From Kiritimatiella glycovorans (GTDB taxonomy: Bacteria; Verrucomicrobiota; Kiritimatiellia; Kiritimatiellales; Kiritimatiellaceae): a stretch of DNA of 32,000 nt. The position numbers and the translations under genes are program-made. Below are positions 1 through 8,869 of the stretch, piece after piece. The stretch covers positions 2,280,001 to 2,312,000 of the forward strand of contig NZ_CP010904.1 of the NCBI RefSeq assembly GCF_001017655.1. Reading direction: 5' to 3'. Position 1 is the first letter of the stretch, and every line of letters starts with the position of its first letter. The notes below the pieces were generated by a model that worked only from the letters and a program-made list of their open reading frames with translations, was not told where the DNA came from and searched no databases.

Positions 1-346
1 CCACCAGCCCGCTGCGGTTCGGTCCGACCGCGGTGAGCACATACTCGCCGCCCGAGTCGCGGGCCGCCGCGTCCGCCGGGAGCTCCTCCTCCAGCACGCG
101 GATACCCACGTCAAACGCCTCCCCCGTCTCCGCGCCGCGGGCCTCGAGACGTTCGCGCACCTGCGCCGCTTCGACGCCCGCGGGGAAACGCGCGGCGAGG
201 ATCATCGTGAAATACCCGCAGAGCACGGTCTGGCTCAGGTCGGCCAGATCGCCGCCCAGATCGCGGATCACCCCCGTCACGTCGGCCACGATCCCCACGC
301 GGTCGCGAGAGAGGATCGAAATCACGAAATGCCGCCGGTCATCCAT
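1..346 (-). CDS. ACT-domain protein (GcvR-like small-ligand-binding regulator); 3' end runs off the window
   Basis: Absent from the ORF track because it is edge-truncated. Manual minus-strand translation from the ATG at 346 gives MDDRRHFVISILSRDRVGIVADVTGVIRDLGGDLADLSQTVLCGYFTMILAARF..., a typical ACT-domain opening. The start overlaps the stop of the upstream gene (ATGGATGA). Confidence 0.6.
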   Translation of the reverse strand, partial: MDDRRHFVISILSRDRVGIVADVTGVIRDLGGDLADLSQTVLCGYFTMILAARFPAGVEAAQVRERLEARGAETGEAFDVGIRVLEEELPADAAARDSGGEYVLTAVGPNRSGLV

Positions 347-1427
347 TTCCCTCCGCCACCTTGCTGCGGTAGGCCTCGACCTCCCAGTTCTCGATAAACT
401 CGCGCGCGCGGTCGTCCATGTAGCGGATCCCGCCGAAGGCCTGGGCGTACTGCACGATCAGCGCGCCGTCGCGCGCCAGTTCCAGCGCGCGGCCGGCGAC
501 CTTCTGCGACGGTCCCGCGCCGAACACGGCGGGCTCTTCGCTGATCACGCGCGGCGCGTACCCGTACTCTTTGCGAAACGTCTCCGCCGCCTCCGGCGTG
601 CAGCGCCCGATCAGCGGGAAGGACTTCGCGTACACGATATGGTCGGGCGAGATCGGCCCGCCCGGCGCGGCGAATACGCCGCCGCGCGCCAGCCCGGCCG
701 CATCGTCGCCCAGCGCTTCGCGGATGCGATCCGCGGCCTTGTCGCACGCCTGTTCATCCGCTTCGCGCTCGTCCAGTTCGGGGGCGATTTCCGCCGACTC
801 GATTTCGCCGCGGAGGGCCTGCATGACCTTCCCGTACTGTTCGCGGATCTCTTCCGCGCTGTCGCCGGCGATGAACACGCCGTGGTTCTGCAGAAAGATG
901 AGGCGGGTTTCAGCGCCCTGTTCCCGTTTCCACTCGCCGATGCGTTCACGGAGTACCGTACAGAGCGTATACCCCGGATCGATGTACTCGCACCACATCG
1001 CGTCGGGGAAAAGCTTCCGGCAGGCCTGTTCGCCCTGCTGCGCGCAGGTCATGCCGTTGACCATCGGCGGGTGGGTGTGGACCACGAACACGGCGTCGAA
1101 CTCATTGTGCAGGGGGGCTTCGACCGAAGGCCGGCCCTCGTACCCGGGAAGCACCGTCTCCGCCATCAGGTCCTTGACCCACGTCTCGCGCGCAGAGGCG
1201 TCCTCCGGCGGCTCGGCCTCGTGGAGACGATCCACCTTCTTCCGGTCCAGCGCGACGAACGTCCCGGGGCTCATGCCGTCCAGGGTCGTCCCGGAAGGCT
1301 TGACCCAGAGGGTCGTATCGTTCTTGCAGGAGGTGTTCCCCCCCCCGCCCTTCACATATTCCTCCCCGCCGAACTCCGTCGAAAGTTCGGTGATGGTTTC
1401 CAGGTTCCGTCGTTCTTCCTCGTTCAT
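339..1427 (-). CDS. class II aldolase/adducin-family protein (resembles the aldolase half of RhaD-type bifunctional enzymes)
   Basis: 362-aa ORF with GGGGNTS near the N-terminus and a VVHTHPP metal-binding His cluster. The long + strand ORFs over it are antisense shadows of GC-rich coding DNA. Confidence 0.75.
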   Translation of the reverse strand: MNEEERRNLETITELSTEFGGEEYVKGGGGNTSCKNDTTLWVKPSGTTLDGMSPGTFVALDRKKVDRLHEAEPPEDASARETWVKDLMAETVLPGYEGRPSVEAPLHNEFDAVFVVHTHPPMVNGMTCAQQGEQACRKLFPDAMWCEYIDPGYTLCTVLRERIGEWKREQGAETRLIFLQNHGVFIAGDSAEEIREQYGKVMQALRGEIESAEIAPELDEREADEQACDKAADRIREALGDDAAGLARGGVFAAPGGPISPDHIVYAKSFPLIGRCTPEAAETFRKEYGYAPRVISEEPAVFGAGPSQKVAGRALELARDGALIVQYAQAFGGIRYMDDRAREFIENWEVEAYRSKVAEGNG

Positions 1428-1476
1428 ATCCGTAATCTCCTTCGTTCCGGTGCGTCCTGCGACGCCTCCCTGCCGG

Positions 1477-2208
1477 TCATGGTTCCCCCGCCGCCGCGCG
1501 CATCCCGCACAGCGTTACGGTCTCCTCGTACAAGGCCTTGCCGACGATCGCGCCGACCAGGTTTGCGCAGCCCAGCGCGGCCAGCGCACGGACGTCGTCC
1601 GCGGTCGAGACCCCGCCGGAGGCGATAACCCCGCAGTCCACGGCACGGCACATCCGTTCCATGGCGTCCACGTTCACCCCCCGCATCATGCCGTCGCGGG
1701 AGATGTCGGTATAGACCAGCGTCCCGACCCCCGCCTCCGCGGCGCGGCGCGCGAGTTCCGGCGCATCGGCGTCACACGTCCCGACCCAGCCCCGGGTGCG
1801 GACTTTCCCGTCGCGGGCGTCCAGCCCCAGCGCGAGCCGGTCGCCGCCGAACCGCGCCGCGAGCGGCGCGAGGTCTTCGGGCCGTTCCGCCGCGCGCGTA
1901 CCCAGCACGGCGCGGGCCGCGCCCGCCGCGAACACCCGCTCGAGATCCGTGTCCGTACGCAGCCCGCCGCCCGTCTGGACCGGGACCGGCGACGCCGCGC
2001 AGATGCGCGCCAGCGCTTCCGTGTTGCGCGGCGCGCCCTCGAACGCGCCGTCCAGATCAACCACGTGCAGCCACTGCGCACCCTCGCCGACCCACCGGCG
2101 CGCCATTTCCGCGGGATCGTCCGCGTAGACCGTCTCGTCCTCGGCGCGCCCCTGAAGCAGCCGCACGCACTTCCCGTTCCGTATGTCGATGGCGGGGTAG
2201 ATCACCAT
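1477..2208 (-). CDS. hisA: 1-(5-phosphoribosyl)-5-[(5-phosphoribosylamino)methylideneamino]imidazole-4-carboxamide isomerase
   Basis: 243 aa. Has MVIYPAIDIRNGKCVRL, HVVDLDGA and ASGGVS motifs characteristic of HisA, and lies directly downstream of hisH. Confidence 0.9.
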   Translation of the reverse strand: MVIYPAIDIRNGKCVRLLQGRAEDETVYADDPAEMARRWVGEGAQWLHVVDLDGAFEGAPRNTEALARICAASPVPVQTGGGLRTDTDLERVFAAGAARAVLGTRAAERPEDLAPLAARFGGDRLALGLDARDGKVRTRGWVGTCDADAPELARRAAEAGVGTLVYTDISRDGMMRGVNVDAMERMCRAVDCGVIASGGVSTADDVRALAALGCANLVGAIVGKALYEETVTLCGMRAAAGEP

Positions 2209-2214
2209 AGCGCT

Positions 2215-2889
2215 TCACTCCTTTTCCGGCCCATGGCGGCCAGCGGCGTGACCTTCATTGCAGGTTTTCAAGTAATTGCGGAGCATCGCCAGCCCGGCCT
2301 GCTGCGATTTTTCGGGGTGGAACTGGACGGCGAAGACGTTCCGGTGTCTTACGGCACTGGCGTATTCGATGCCGTAGTGCGTCCATCCCGCCGCGAGAGC
2401 CGGATCTTCGGGGTCTACGTAGTAGGAGTGGACGAGGTAGAAGAACGCGTCGTCGCCGATGCCGGCGAACATCGGGTCGCCGGACTTCGCCTGGCGCACC
2501 CGGTTCCATCCGATCTGGGGAACCTTGAGCCGGGTGTGGCCCTCCCATTGACCGTGTTCAAACCGGAAACGGCGGACGGCGCCGGACAGCAGGCCCAGTC
2601 CCGGTTCGGCGGGAGATTCCTCACTGCCTTCGAACAGTACCTGCAGGCCGAGGCATATGCCGAGAAACGGGCGGCCCGCACCGATCCAGTCGCGGATCGG
2701 GTCGACAAAACCGTTCGCGCGCAGATGGCGCATGCAGTCGCCGAACGCGCCGACTCCCGGAAGGATTACACCGGCACAGTCCTCCATATCCCCGGGCTGC
2801 CGCACCAGCCGCGGTTCCGCGCCGAGATAGCGGCAGGCGTTCGACACGCTGCCGAGATTGCCCATGTTGTAATCGATAATGCCGATCAT
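2215..2889 (-). CDS. hisH: imidazole glycerol phosphate synthase, glutamine amidotransferase subunit
   Basis: 224 aa. Has MIGIIDYNMGNLGSV, the nucleophile elbow GICLGLQ and FAVQFHPEKS (catalytic His/Glu), as in class I GATase HisH. Confidence 0.9.
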   Translation of the reverse strand: MIGIIDYNMGNLGSVSNACRYLGAEPRLVRQPGDMEDCAGVILPGVGAFGDCMRHLRANGFVDPIRDWIGAGRPFLGICLGLQVLFEGSEESPAEPGLGLLSGAVRRFRFEHGQWEGHTRLKVPQIGWNRVRQAKSGDPMFAGIGDDAFFYLVHSYYVDPEDPALAAGWTHYGIEYASAVRHRNVFAVQFHPEKSQQAGLAMLRNYLKTCNEGHAAGRHGPEKE

Positions 2890-3116
2890 GCGCCGTCGCC
2901 GCCCCTCTCTGAAAATCCGGGATTCTCGCGCTTAATCCCCGGTGTGTCGAGCCGCCGCCTTGAAAAACTGGCGGGGGAAATGAAGGAACTCAGCGCAGAG
3001 AAGAGAGAGGATTACGTGTAAGAGGATATGCGATGGATCTTGATATTTTCACTCAGGTTTCAGGTTTCAGGTTTCTTACTCACACTCTTCCCGGCCCCTG
3101 GCGCGAACGCTTCACC

Positions 3117-3947
3117 TCACGGCTCGGGAATCTCCGGGCGAAACCAGTCGCCGCGACCGTCGTCAAGGCGCCCGCGGCGCACGCGAACGCGGCGTCCTCC
3201 GGGAAGATCGGCGCTGAAGGGCGGGGTCCGGCCGTAGAGCCATTCCGGGGCGCGCAGCTGCGCTTCGCGGAGCGTCAAATCTTCCTCTTCCGCGTCGTTC
3301 AGGGACAGACGAAGCCGAGGACCGGAGCCGAAGAGTTCGATGAACGCTCGTTCCAGCGCGTCGCGCAGCGACGGAATATCCAGTCCCGGCGCAAATTCGG
3401 CCAGGTTGGCCACGGGCGCACGGACCGAGGGTACGGCGGCGGTCTCGAGGGCGGGCAGCGCCGGGGTCAGCATCCGCTCCAGCCGTTCGAGATCGGCCTC
3501 CACCAGCAGCGTGCCGTGGTGCAGTGCGCGGCCGCGGCGAAAAGCGAAGGCATGCCCCGAACACTTGCGGCCCCGGACGTAGAGACGGGTTTTCTCGACC
3601 CGTTCCAGCCGGACACCGAATCCGGCCAGCGCACGTTCGGCCACCGCGTAGACCCGTTCGGGTTCGTAGCGGGTGCGGTCCGTGATCACGCCATAGTTCA
3701 GGTTGCCGGGGTCGTGATAAACCGTCCCGCCGCCGGAGACGCGCCGCGCCAGCGGCACGCCCGCCGCGGAGAGCGCCTCCGGATCGCACTCTCTCCAAGG
3801 ATTCTGATTGCGCCCCAGCACCACGGCCTCGCATCCCGCCCACGTCAGCAGCAGCGGGCGGTCGAGGTCCGCGCGGTCGAGCAGATGCGCCTCCAGCGCG
3901 AGATTGCGCCATACGTCCGCCTGCGGAGAGTGGTACACCATCGACAT
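3117..3947 (-). CDS. lipoate-protein ligase / octanoyltransferase family protein (LplA/LipM-like, short form)
   Basis: The track ORF is 3117..4097, but the conserved region starts at MSMVYHS (ATG at 3947). Motifs LGRNQNPWRE, GGGTVYHDPGNLNY and GRKCSGHAF (lysine of the KxSG box) fit the family. The divergent + strand gene starts at 3979, which argues against the longer N-terminus. Confidence 0.75.
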   Translation of the reverse strand: MSMVYHSPQADVWRNLALEAHLLDRADLDRPLLLTWAGCEAVVLGRNQNPWRECDPEALSAAGVPLARRVSGGGTVYHDPGNLNYGVITDRTRYEPERVYAVAERALAGFGVRLERVEKTRLYVRGRKCSGHAFAFRRGRALHHGTLLVEADLERLERMLTPALPALETAAVPSVRAPVANLAEFAPGLDIPSLRDALERAFIELFGSGPRLRLSLNDAEEEDLTLREAQLRAPEWLYGRTPPFSADLPGGRRVRVRRGRLDDGRGDWFRPEIPEP

Positions 3948-3978
3948 AAATTGGGAGTATGCCCGCGACGACGCGAAA

Positions 3979-4512
3979 ATGAAAAGGATGTATGGCCACG
4001 CGGCGCAAATTCCGGAAGGATGGACGGCTGTGAGCGCACTGAATTCCATCCTTGAAGCGTACGGCGATCTGGAGCGGCGCGTGCAGCAGCGCATCACCCG
4101 TCGGTGGGGCGGGGTCTGCGCGCATTGCGCGACCTCGTGCTGCCGCGTGGATATCTGCGAAGAAGCCCTGGAGAGCGTATTTCTGTGCCGCGTGCGCGAG
4201 CATTTCGACCAGCCCGGCGATTTCGATCCCCGCTTCGGATGGCTGGGTCCCGGCGGGTGCCGGCTCGAGGTGGGCCGCCCCCCGGTCTGCTACGCGTTCT
4301 TCTGCGACGAAATCCGTAACAGCCTCACCCCGGAGGCCCGGGAACAGCTCGACCGGCTCGGATCCATCATGGACCGCGTCGGCCGCGTCGGGCCGCGCGG
4401 GCTCCATCTCGTCGAACTCACCGACCCCGGCGATCTTGAAGAGATCAACCTCGATCGGTTTTTAAGCTATGCCGACCGGGCCCGACGCGCCCTGCACGGC
4501 GCCGGTCCATGA
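3979..4512 (+). CDS. YkgJ-like CxxCxxCC putative Fe/Zn-binding protein
   Basis: Contains CAHCATSCC plus later Cys pairs (GGCRL...PPVCYAFFC). The start is placed at MKRMYGH (ATG 3979), because the upstream part of track ORF 3808..4512 overlaps the ligase gene antisense. Confidence 0.6.
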   Translation: MKRMYGHAAQIPEGWTAVSALNSILEAYGDLERRVQQRITRRWGGVCAHCATSCCRVDICEEALESVFLCRVREHFDQPGDFDPRFGWLGPGGCRLEVGRPPVCYAFFCDEIRNSLTPEAREQLDRLGSIMDRVGRVGPRGLHLVELTDPGDLEEINLDRFLSYADRARRALHGAGP

Positions 4513-4675
4513 CCGTTGCAATCCCGCCCCCGCTCGACGTGTGCACAGCTGCGCATCATATACACCCTTGCCCCTTTTCGCCCACCCGGCCTCCTGATCC
4601 GTGAGGCTTGCCGCCCACCAGAAATCCTGCCGATCCAAGGGAAAATGACACAATGTGCAGGGCCTTCACTTCGGG

Positions 4676-4812
4676 GAGCACGATTTCTTTGCCCGTGCTC
4701 TTTTCATTCCTCTTTGCGATCCCGGCGCCTTTGCGAGAGACATTTCTTCTGTTTTCGAACGCCGCGGATCTCGCGCGGCTGTAAGACGTCGCGGACATCC
4801 GGCTTGTTCGAC
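4676..4812. repeat. intergenic repeat family, copy R1 (core module only)
   Basis: About 135 nt that align by eye with 5778-5912 and partly with 7158-7250. The shared core is atttctttgcc.gtgct...cattcctct.tgcgatcccggcgcct.tgcgagag.cat...ttttcgaacg, with two direct TTTGCGA boxes flanking tcccggcgcc. Confidence 0.8.
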
Positions 4813-4814
4813 TT

Positions 4815-5585
4815 CTACTCCAAGGTAAACGTCGGTTCTCCGCCCAAGTCGGCCAGGATCGACCGGGCCGTCTCCTCTTGCTTGGCTGTTCCGGAAATGG
4901 CCAGCCACACAGCGCCTTCTGCACCGCAAACGCCCCCAGCGGCAATCAATTCAGCGTTCGCGCGCGTGAGGATCGCAATGGCATCTATCTCCGTCACAAC
5001 CTCGCCCGGTACGGGAAGCATCCGCGCACCACCTGTGCCCGGTGCATTCAGATGTGCGGCGATGCTGTTCAAGTCGGTCGAGACACGCTTCTCCAGCCCG
5101 ACCGGAAGGATGAGGCGCACGCGCCTTCCTACAACAGCCTGCAGTGCCGCCACGATTGTGCCCCCCTTCGGATGCCCGATCAGGATGCCGGCCTGTTTGC
5201 GCGCGAGGTCAACGGCATTCGCCCCCTTCAAAATGACATCGCCTTCCTTCAGGTCATCAAGAACGTCAAATATCGTCTTGCCGGTTAACCACGCCCCTTT
5301 CTGGATGACGACATCACCGGGGAATGGGCTCTCGCCAGGCAACCGACCGGTATCCGTCGTCTTCTCGCATGGTGGCCGTGTGATTCCGCGGAAGAACCGT
5401 TGACGTGAGAATCCATTCGCATCCCCGCATGCCGACAGCAACTCTTCGGCCACGTATCCGTTTGTTGTTCCCGCGATGATGACTACGGTGCCAGACTCAA
5501 GTGCCGTATGCATCGCAGGGTGCCGCACAAGCGCTCTGGCAATCAACCGCTTCCCGGTAGCGGGCGTTACTACAGCTCGGATCAT
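4815..5585 (-). CDS. conserved hypothetical protein
   Basis: Clean 256-aa ORF from [19 protein letters not shown] (ATG 5585). The longer track ORF reaching 5690 runs into repeat R2. I recognised no family motif. Confidence 0.55.
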   Translation of the reverse strand: MIRAVVTPATGKRLIARALVRHPAMHTALESGTVVIIAGTTNGYVAEELLSACGDANGFSRQRFFRGITRPPCEKTTDTGRLPGESPFPGDVVIQKGAWLTGKTIFDVLDDLKEGDVILKGANAVDLARKQAGILIGHPKGGTIVAALQAVVGRRVRLILPVGLEKRVSTDLNSIAAHLNAPGTGGARMLPVPGEVVTEIDAIAILTRANAELIAAGGVCGAEGAVWLAISGTAKQEETARSILADLGGEPTFTLE

Positions 5586-5668
5586 CTCCCTGCTCCTGTT
5601 CAGCGATGGCGGTGCTGATCGTCGCTTGTTGACGACCATTGCGATATTCACCTTCGTACGGCATTCCG

Positions 5669-5912
5669 AACGTTCGTAGTAGCGCCGCAAGCCTGCCCCC
5701 GGCAGGCCAGGCGCGTGAAGATAACGGCCCCGGCCCTGCTTCGCAGGCCTGCGGGCCTACTACGAACGTGAGAGAGAACGCTCCATTTCTTTGCCTGTGC
5801 TATGCTCATTCCTCTTTGCGATCCCGGCGCCTTGGCGAGAGTCATTGCTTGTGTTTTCGACGTCGCCGTTCTCGCGCGGCTGTAAGCCGTCGCGGGCATC
5901 CGGCTTGTTGGA
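5669..5912. repeat. intergenic repeat family, copy R2 (hairpin module plus core module)
   Basis: The 5' module has a 12-bp perfect stem, cgttcgtagtag (5671-5682) pairing with ctactacgaacg (5757-5768). It encloses an inner hairpin gcctgcc-ccc-ggcaggc. The core module homologous to R1 and R3 follows. Confidence 0.85.
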
Positions 5913-5917
5913 GATCG

Positions 5918-6496
5918 CTATGGTTCGCGTTTTCTGAAGGTTGAACAGAATGTGTACTCGATAATCTCCGTATCGACGTGGATGAACCCCGCTGCTCTTG
6001 CGCAGTCACGATAGTAACTCCGGTCTCTCGTCTGTGTGGGCCATGGTCGACCATAGGAGGTCGCAGAGGCGATCCCCTTTACGATGTATTTAAGGCGGAC
6101 CGCAAACAACGGCTTCTTCGTCCTTGGCAGGGCAGAAGTATCGACGTCCCAGATACGGAAGAGCCCTCCAGGTTTCAGCACCCTGTATATCTCGGCAAGA
6201 GCTGCTTCAAGATCGACGCTGTGATCAAAATACATCAGGGAGAAGAATGCCGTTGCCGCGGCGAACGTGTCGTCAAGAAACTGCAACTGTCTCGCGTCCA
6301 TTACGATCTTCAGCGGGCCTTCGGGTGCTTCCTCGAGCTCGTCCCGTCGGCGGTCAATTGAGACAACTTGAGAGCCCTCCAGCCGTCCGATTACGCCTTC
6401 ACCACCTCCGCCAATATCGAGGACATACCCATCGAAGGATAGCGATGATATCTCAAGTTCTACCGGCTTCAGGAACAGTATATCATCTTCGTTCAT
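5918..6496 (-). CDS. class I SAM-dependent methyltransferase
   Basis: 192 aa. Motif I is VLDIGGGGEG, followed by an acidic residue after beta-2 (VSIDRR) and motif post-I/II (FSLMYF...LKPGG). Confidence 0.75.
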   Translation of the reverse strand: MNEDDILFLKPVELEISSLSFDGYVLDIGGGGEGVIGRLEGSQVVSIDRRRDELEEAPEGPLKIVMDARQLQFLDDTFAAATAFFSLMYFDHSVDLEAALAEIYRVLKPGGLFRIWDVDTSALPRTKKPLFAVRLKYIVKGIASATSYGRPWPTQTRDRSYYRDCARAAGFIHVDTEIIEYTFCSTFRKREP

Positions 6497-6537
6497 AACA
6501 CCTTCAAGTAAATCCTTCTGACAGCCGCTTACGGGGG

Positions 6538-6876
6538 TCAGTCCCCGCCTATCTCTTGTCGGCGATCCTGCTCTTCTTGCTTGCGAGCTTTCCGCTCAGC
6601 CTGCTTCTGCTTCTTGTCCTTCACCATCTGTTCGATGGATCGGACATTGTCCGGTCGTGTTTTCCCAAAACGCTTCTCATACAGTTCCTCGATGAATTCG
6701 GGGAGAGGGAGTTTCCACGGCTCCTGCTTGTGGTTCACCTTGCCGCCAAGCTTCTTCGGATTCATGCCGAGTTCGCGCGCCATTTGGACATGCGCGTGGG
6801 AGAGGTGGAAACGCTTCCGCGCATCAACCCACGGTTGATACTTCGACGACAGGTTTTTCTTCCGTTTTGCCATCAA
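6538..6876 (-). CDS. small basic hypothetical protein
   Basis: 112-aa ORF with a Lys/Arg-rich tail (KDKKQKQAERKARKQEEQDRRQ). It lies 41 nt upstream of the methyltransferase on the same strand. No family was recognised. Confidence 0.5.
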   Translation of the reverse strand: MMAKRKKNLSSKYQPWVDARKRFHLSHAHVQMARELGMNPKKLGGKVNHKQEPWKLPLPEFIEELYEKRFGKTRPDNVRSIEQMVKDKKQKQAERKARKQEEQDRRQEIGGD

Positions 6877-7046
6877 TCACTTTTCGCCAACGTATCCCAT
6901 AGCATCATATAGGGGTCCGCCTCATACGTCATTTTGTTTTTTAGGTTCTTCATAGATTTTTGTGGTGGAGTTGTTCGGGGAAGAGACGGGATGGGGATTC
7001 ACCACAGCGGTCACAGAGGATGCCGGGGTCGGGATGGGAGATGACA

Positions 7047-7314
7047 AACGTTCGTAGTAGCGCCGTAAGCCTGCCCCCCCCGGCAGGCCAGGCGCGTGAA
7101 GATAACGGCCCTGGCCCCGCTGCGCGGACCTGCGGGCCTACTACGAGCGTAAGAGAGAACGCACCATTTCTTTGCCTGTGCTATGCTCATTCCTCTCTGC
7201 GATCCCGGCGCCTTTGCGAGAGTCATTGCTTCTTTTTTCGAACGTCGCGCATGACGCTCAAATCAACCGAGTTCGCGCGGTTGATTTGTAGCTGTCCATG
7301 CGTCTTGTTCGGAG
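7047..7314. repeat. intergenic repeat family, copy R3 (hairpin module, core, divergent tail)
   Basis: The stem is cgttcgtagtag (7049-7060) with ctactacgagcg (7138-7149, one mismatch). The core is near-identical to R2 up to ttttcgaacgtcgcg. The tail then differs and contains the hairpin aaatcaacc/ggttgattt (7260-7288). Confidence 0.8.
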
Positions 7315-7318
7315 CTGT

Positions 7319-7723
7319 CTACTCCCACTTCTCGACATCAAGACCGGGCACCCGGTCGAACTCTCGCAGATTGCTGGTGGCGAGGCGCAGGCCATGAGCG
7401 AGACACGTCGCGGCGAGCCAAGAGTCGTGGACTCCGATCATCTTGCCTTGTCGTGCCAGATCAGCCCACAGTTGTGAGTGGGACCGGGCGGTTGCCAGGT
7501 TGATGACAAGGATCGGCAGCGAGTCAAGCACTCCCTCCACAAACGCAAGGCGCTTGGCCTTGATCCGCTTGTCTTTGGCGCGGTGGACTCCGTGGAGCAG
7601 TTCGCTGGCCGAGATGACAGAGAGAAAGGCCTCTTCCTCTTCACGACCCTGGATATAGGCCGAGAGATCCGCATCGGATCTCTCGAAGTGGATAAGCACG
7701 CTGCTGTCTATCAGGACGCCCAT
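7319..7723 (-). CDS. vapC: type II toxin, PIN-domain ribonuclease (VapC-like)
   Basis: 134 aa. Has MGVLIDSSVLI (first acidic residue), SASELLHG, and DSWLAATCLAHGLRLATSNLREF (PIN C-terminal acidic/Asn positions). It overlaps the upstream antitoxin gene by 13 nt. Confidence 0.85.
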   Translation of the reverse strand: MGVLIDSSVLIHFERSDADLSAYIQGREEEEAFLSVISASELLHGVHRAKDKRIKAKRLAFVEGVLDSLPILVINLATARSHSQLWADLARQGKMIGVHDSWLAATCLAHGLRLATSNLREFDRVPGLDVEKWE

Positions 7724-7992
7724 GGATCCCTCAACGTGGTGGAGTTCAACTCCTTGCGCGCTGAGTCAACATCCCTCCCGAATGAGGACACGTCAGATCT
7801 CGACAGGCGCGGGACTGTATGTAGAATTTCAGGCAGATCGCCGAGCCTCCGGCCATGGGGCAGCGGACGAAGTTCCGCCACGGACTTCCTCCCCTTCCGA
7901 AGAACAAACGCCTCGTTCCGATATGCGACACGATTCACGTACTCTGAGAAATGTCGTACCGCCTCTGTCACGCTCAATACCTTCGCGTTCAT
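7711..7992 (-). CDS. type II antitoxin (Phd/YefM-like, VapB role)
   Basis: 93 aa. The LSVTEAVRHFSEYVNRV opening is typical of Phd/YefM antitoxins. GGAGG lies 5 nt upstream of the ATG, and the gene is coupled to the PIN gene. Confidence 0.75.
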   Translation of the reverse strand: MNAKVLSVTEAVRHFSEYVNRVAYRNEAFVLRKGRKSVAELRPLPHGRRLGDLPEILHTVPRLSRSDVSSFGRDVDSARKELNSTTLRDPWAS

Positions 7993-8005
7993 TGGCGCCT
8001 CCGTG

Positions 8006-8035
8006 TATCTGATAATCAGATAGTACGATAATCAG
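8006..8035 (-). promoter_or_regulatory. putative operator of TA module 1
   Basis: Perfect 17-bp palindrome TATCTGAT-A-ATCAGATA (8006-8022) just upstream of the antitoxin SD. A third GATAATCAG half-site sits at 8027-8035. Confidence 0.5.
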
Positions 8036-8129
8036 GTTCCGCGGTCAACCGAGGTTTCTCGCTCCGAACGCCGGCGGTAACGGGTGGGTGTAAGTCGTAC
8101 CGTCCACGGGCCTGGTTTTGGCAGACCGC

Positions 8130-8507
8130 CTATGGGCGGAACACTTTGAGTTTCAGGCCCTTGATGGGCTTGAAGGGCTTGGGGTTGCTTGAGCAGAGCA
8201 TCATGTTGTTCTCTGTGGCCGTCGCCGCGATGAGAGCATCGGCGGCTCTGAGGCCGTGAGACAACGAGTACTCTTCGATGTATACGGCGGCTCGGTGGCC
8301 GATGTTGTCAGAGAGGGGGAGCGTCCTGAATCCGAAATCTCTCAGGAACTGCTTCGTGTAGTTGTGTTGCTCCTTGTTGTCCGTGCCCTGCAACAGTTCA
8401 AGATAAGTCTGCACAGAAATGAAGGGCTCATGCTCTTTCTCGACAAGACGTGCCGCCTTGCTGTTGCCCCGCTCGATCCAAATGAAGATGTCGGTATCAA
8501 ATATCAC
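8130..8507 (-). CDS. type II toxin, PIN-domain protein
   Basis: The PIN core starts at VIFDTDIFIW. I place the start at GTG 8507, giving the usual overlap with the antitoxin stop (GTGATATTTGA). Other motifs are YLELLQG and AADALIAATA. The track ORF extends to 8591 over the antitoxin gene. Confidence 0.8.
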   Translation of the reverse strand: MIFDTDIFIWIERGNSKAARLVEKEHEPFISVQTYLELLQGTDNKEQHNYTKQFLRDFGFRTLPLSDNIGHRAAVYIEEYSLSHGLRAADALIAATATENNMMLCSSNPKPFKPIKGLKLKVFRP

Positions 8508-8733
8508 GGTAGCGCCCTCCTCGAAGACGCTCCATTTCCGTTCCGACGGATTCCCGGGAGCCACGCATGTTGAAGAAGGGGTGCTCCTCAACCTTTGCCC
8601 TGGTCCGGTCTACCTTCGCCATCAGCACTCCTTTGGTCTTACCGCGATAGAGAATGTCGACATCTTCATTTCGGTCGAGAGCCTTGAGCACATCGTTCAT
8701 GTGGTATCGCAAATCGACTACTGTTGCCTGCAT
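8497..8733 (-). CDS. type II antitoxin, Phd/YefM family
   Basis: 78 aa. MQATVVDLRYHMNDVLKALDRNEDVDILYRGK matches the Phd/YefM N-terminal fold pattern. An SD (GGAGGCC) lies upstream. Confidence 0.75.
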   Translation of the reverse strand: MQATVVDLRYHMNDVLKALDRNEDVDILYRGKTKGVLMAKVDRTRAKVEEHPFFNMRGSRESVGTEMERLRGGRYRDI

Positions 8734-8751
8734 GCAGGGCCTCCTTTATGT

Positions 8752-8764
8752 ATAGTGCCACTAT
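8752..8764 (-). promoter_or_regulatory. putative operator of TA module 2
   Basis: Perfect palindrome ATAGTG-C-CACTAT, 19-31 nt upstream of the antitoxin ATG. Confidence 0.4.
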
Positions 8765-8869
8765 GCAGCATGAAGACCGGCAGATCAAGCTGCGAACGCC
8801 CGGCGTCACGTTTTGCCGGCGCCAGCGGCACTAACGCGCACGCTGATGTTGCCCCCCCTTGCGATCCAT

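Noticed and set aside
3053-3073. Tandem heptamer (caggttt)x3 between the ligase gene and the hisH upstream region
   Set aside because: It is too short to interpret and shows no associated structure or conservation within the window.
33-4407. Very long ORFs in the track (33..1628 +, 571..3021 +, 3163..4407 -, 3033..4055 +) rich in Arg/Ala/Pro/Ser
   Set aside because: They lie antisense to, or out of frame with, genes that carry clear family motifs (aldolase, hisA, hisH, LplA-like). They have the low-complexity composition typical of shadow ORFs in GC-rich DNA. The same applies to 10678..11673 -, 13623..14987 +, 14984..15589 -, 16924..17673 -, 28532..29311 - and 30528..31412 +.
5669-5770. tRNA-like or other known structured RNA in the hairpin module of R2/R3
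   Set aside because: A 12-bp closing stem with nested GC hairpins does not fit a cloverleaf. Its multi-copy nature argues against tmRNA, RNase P, SRP or 6S RNA.
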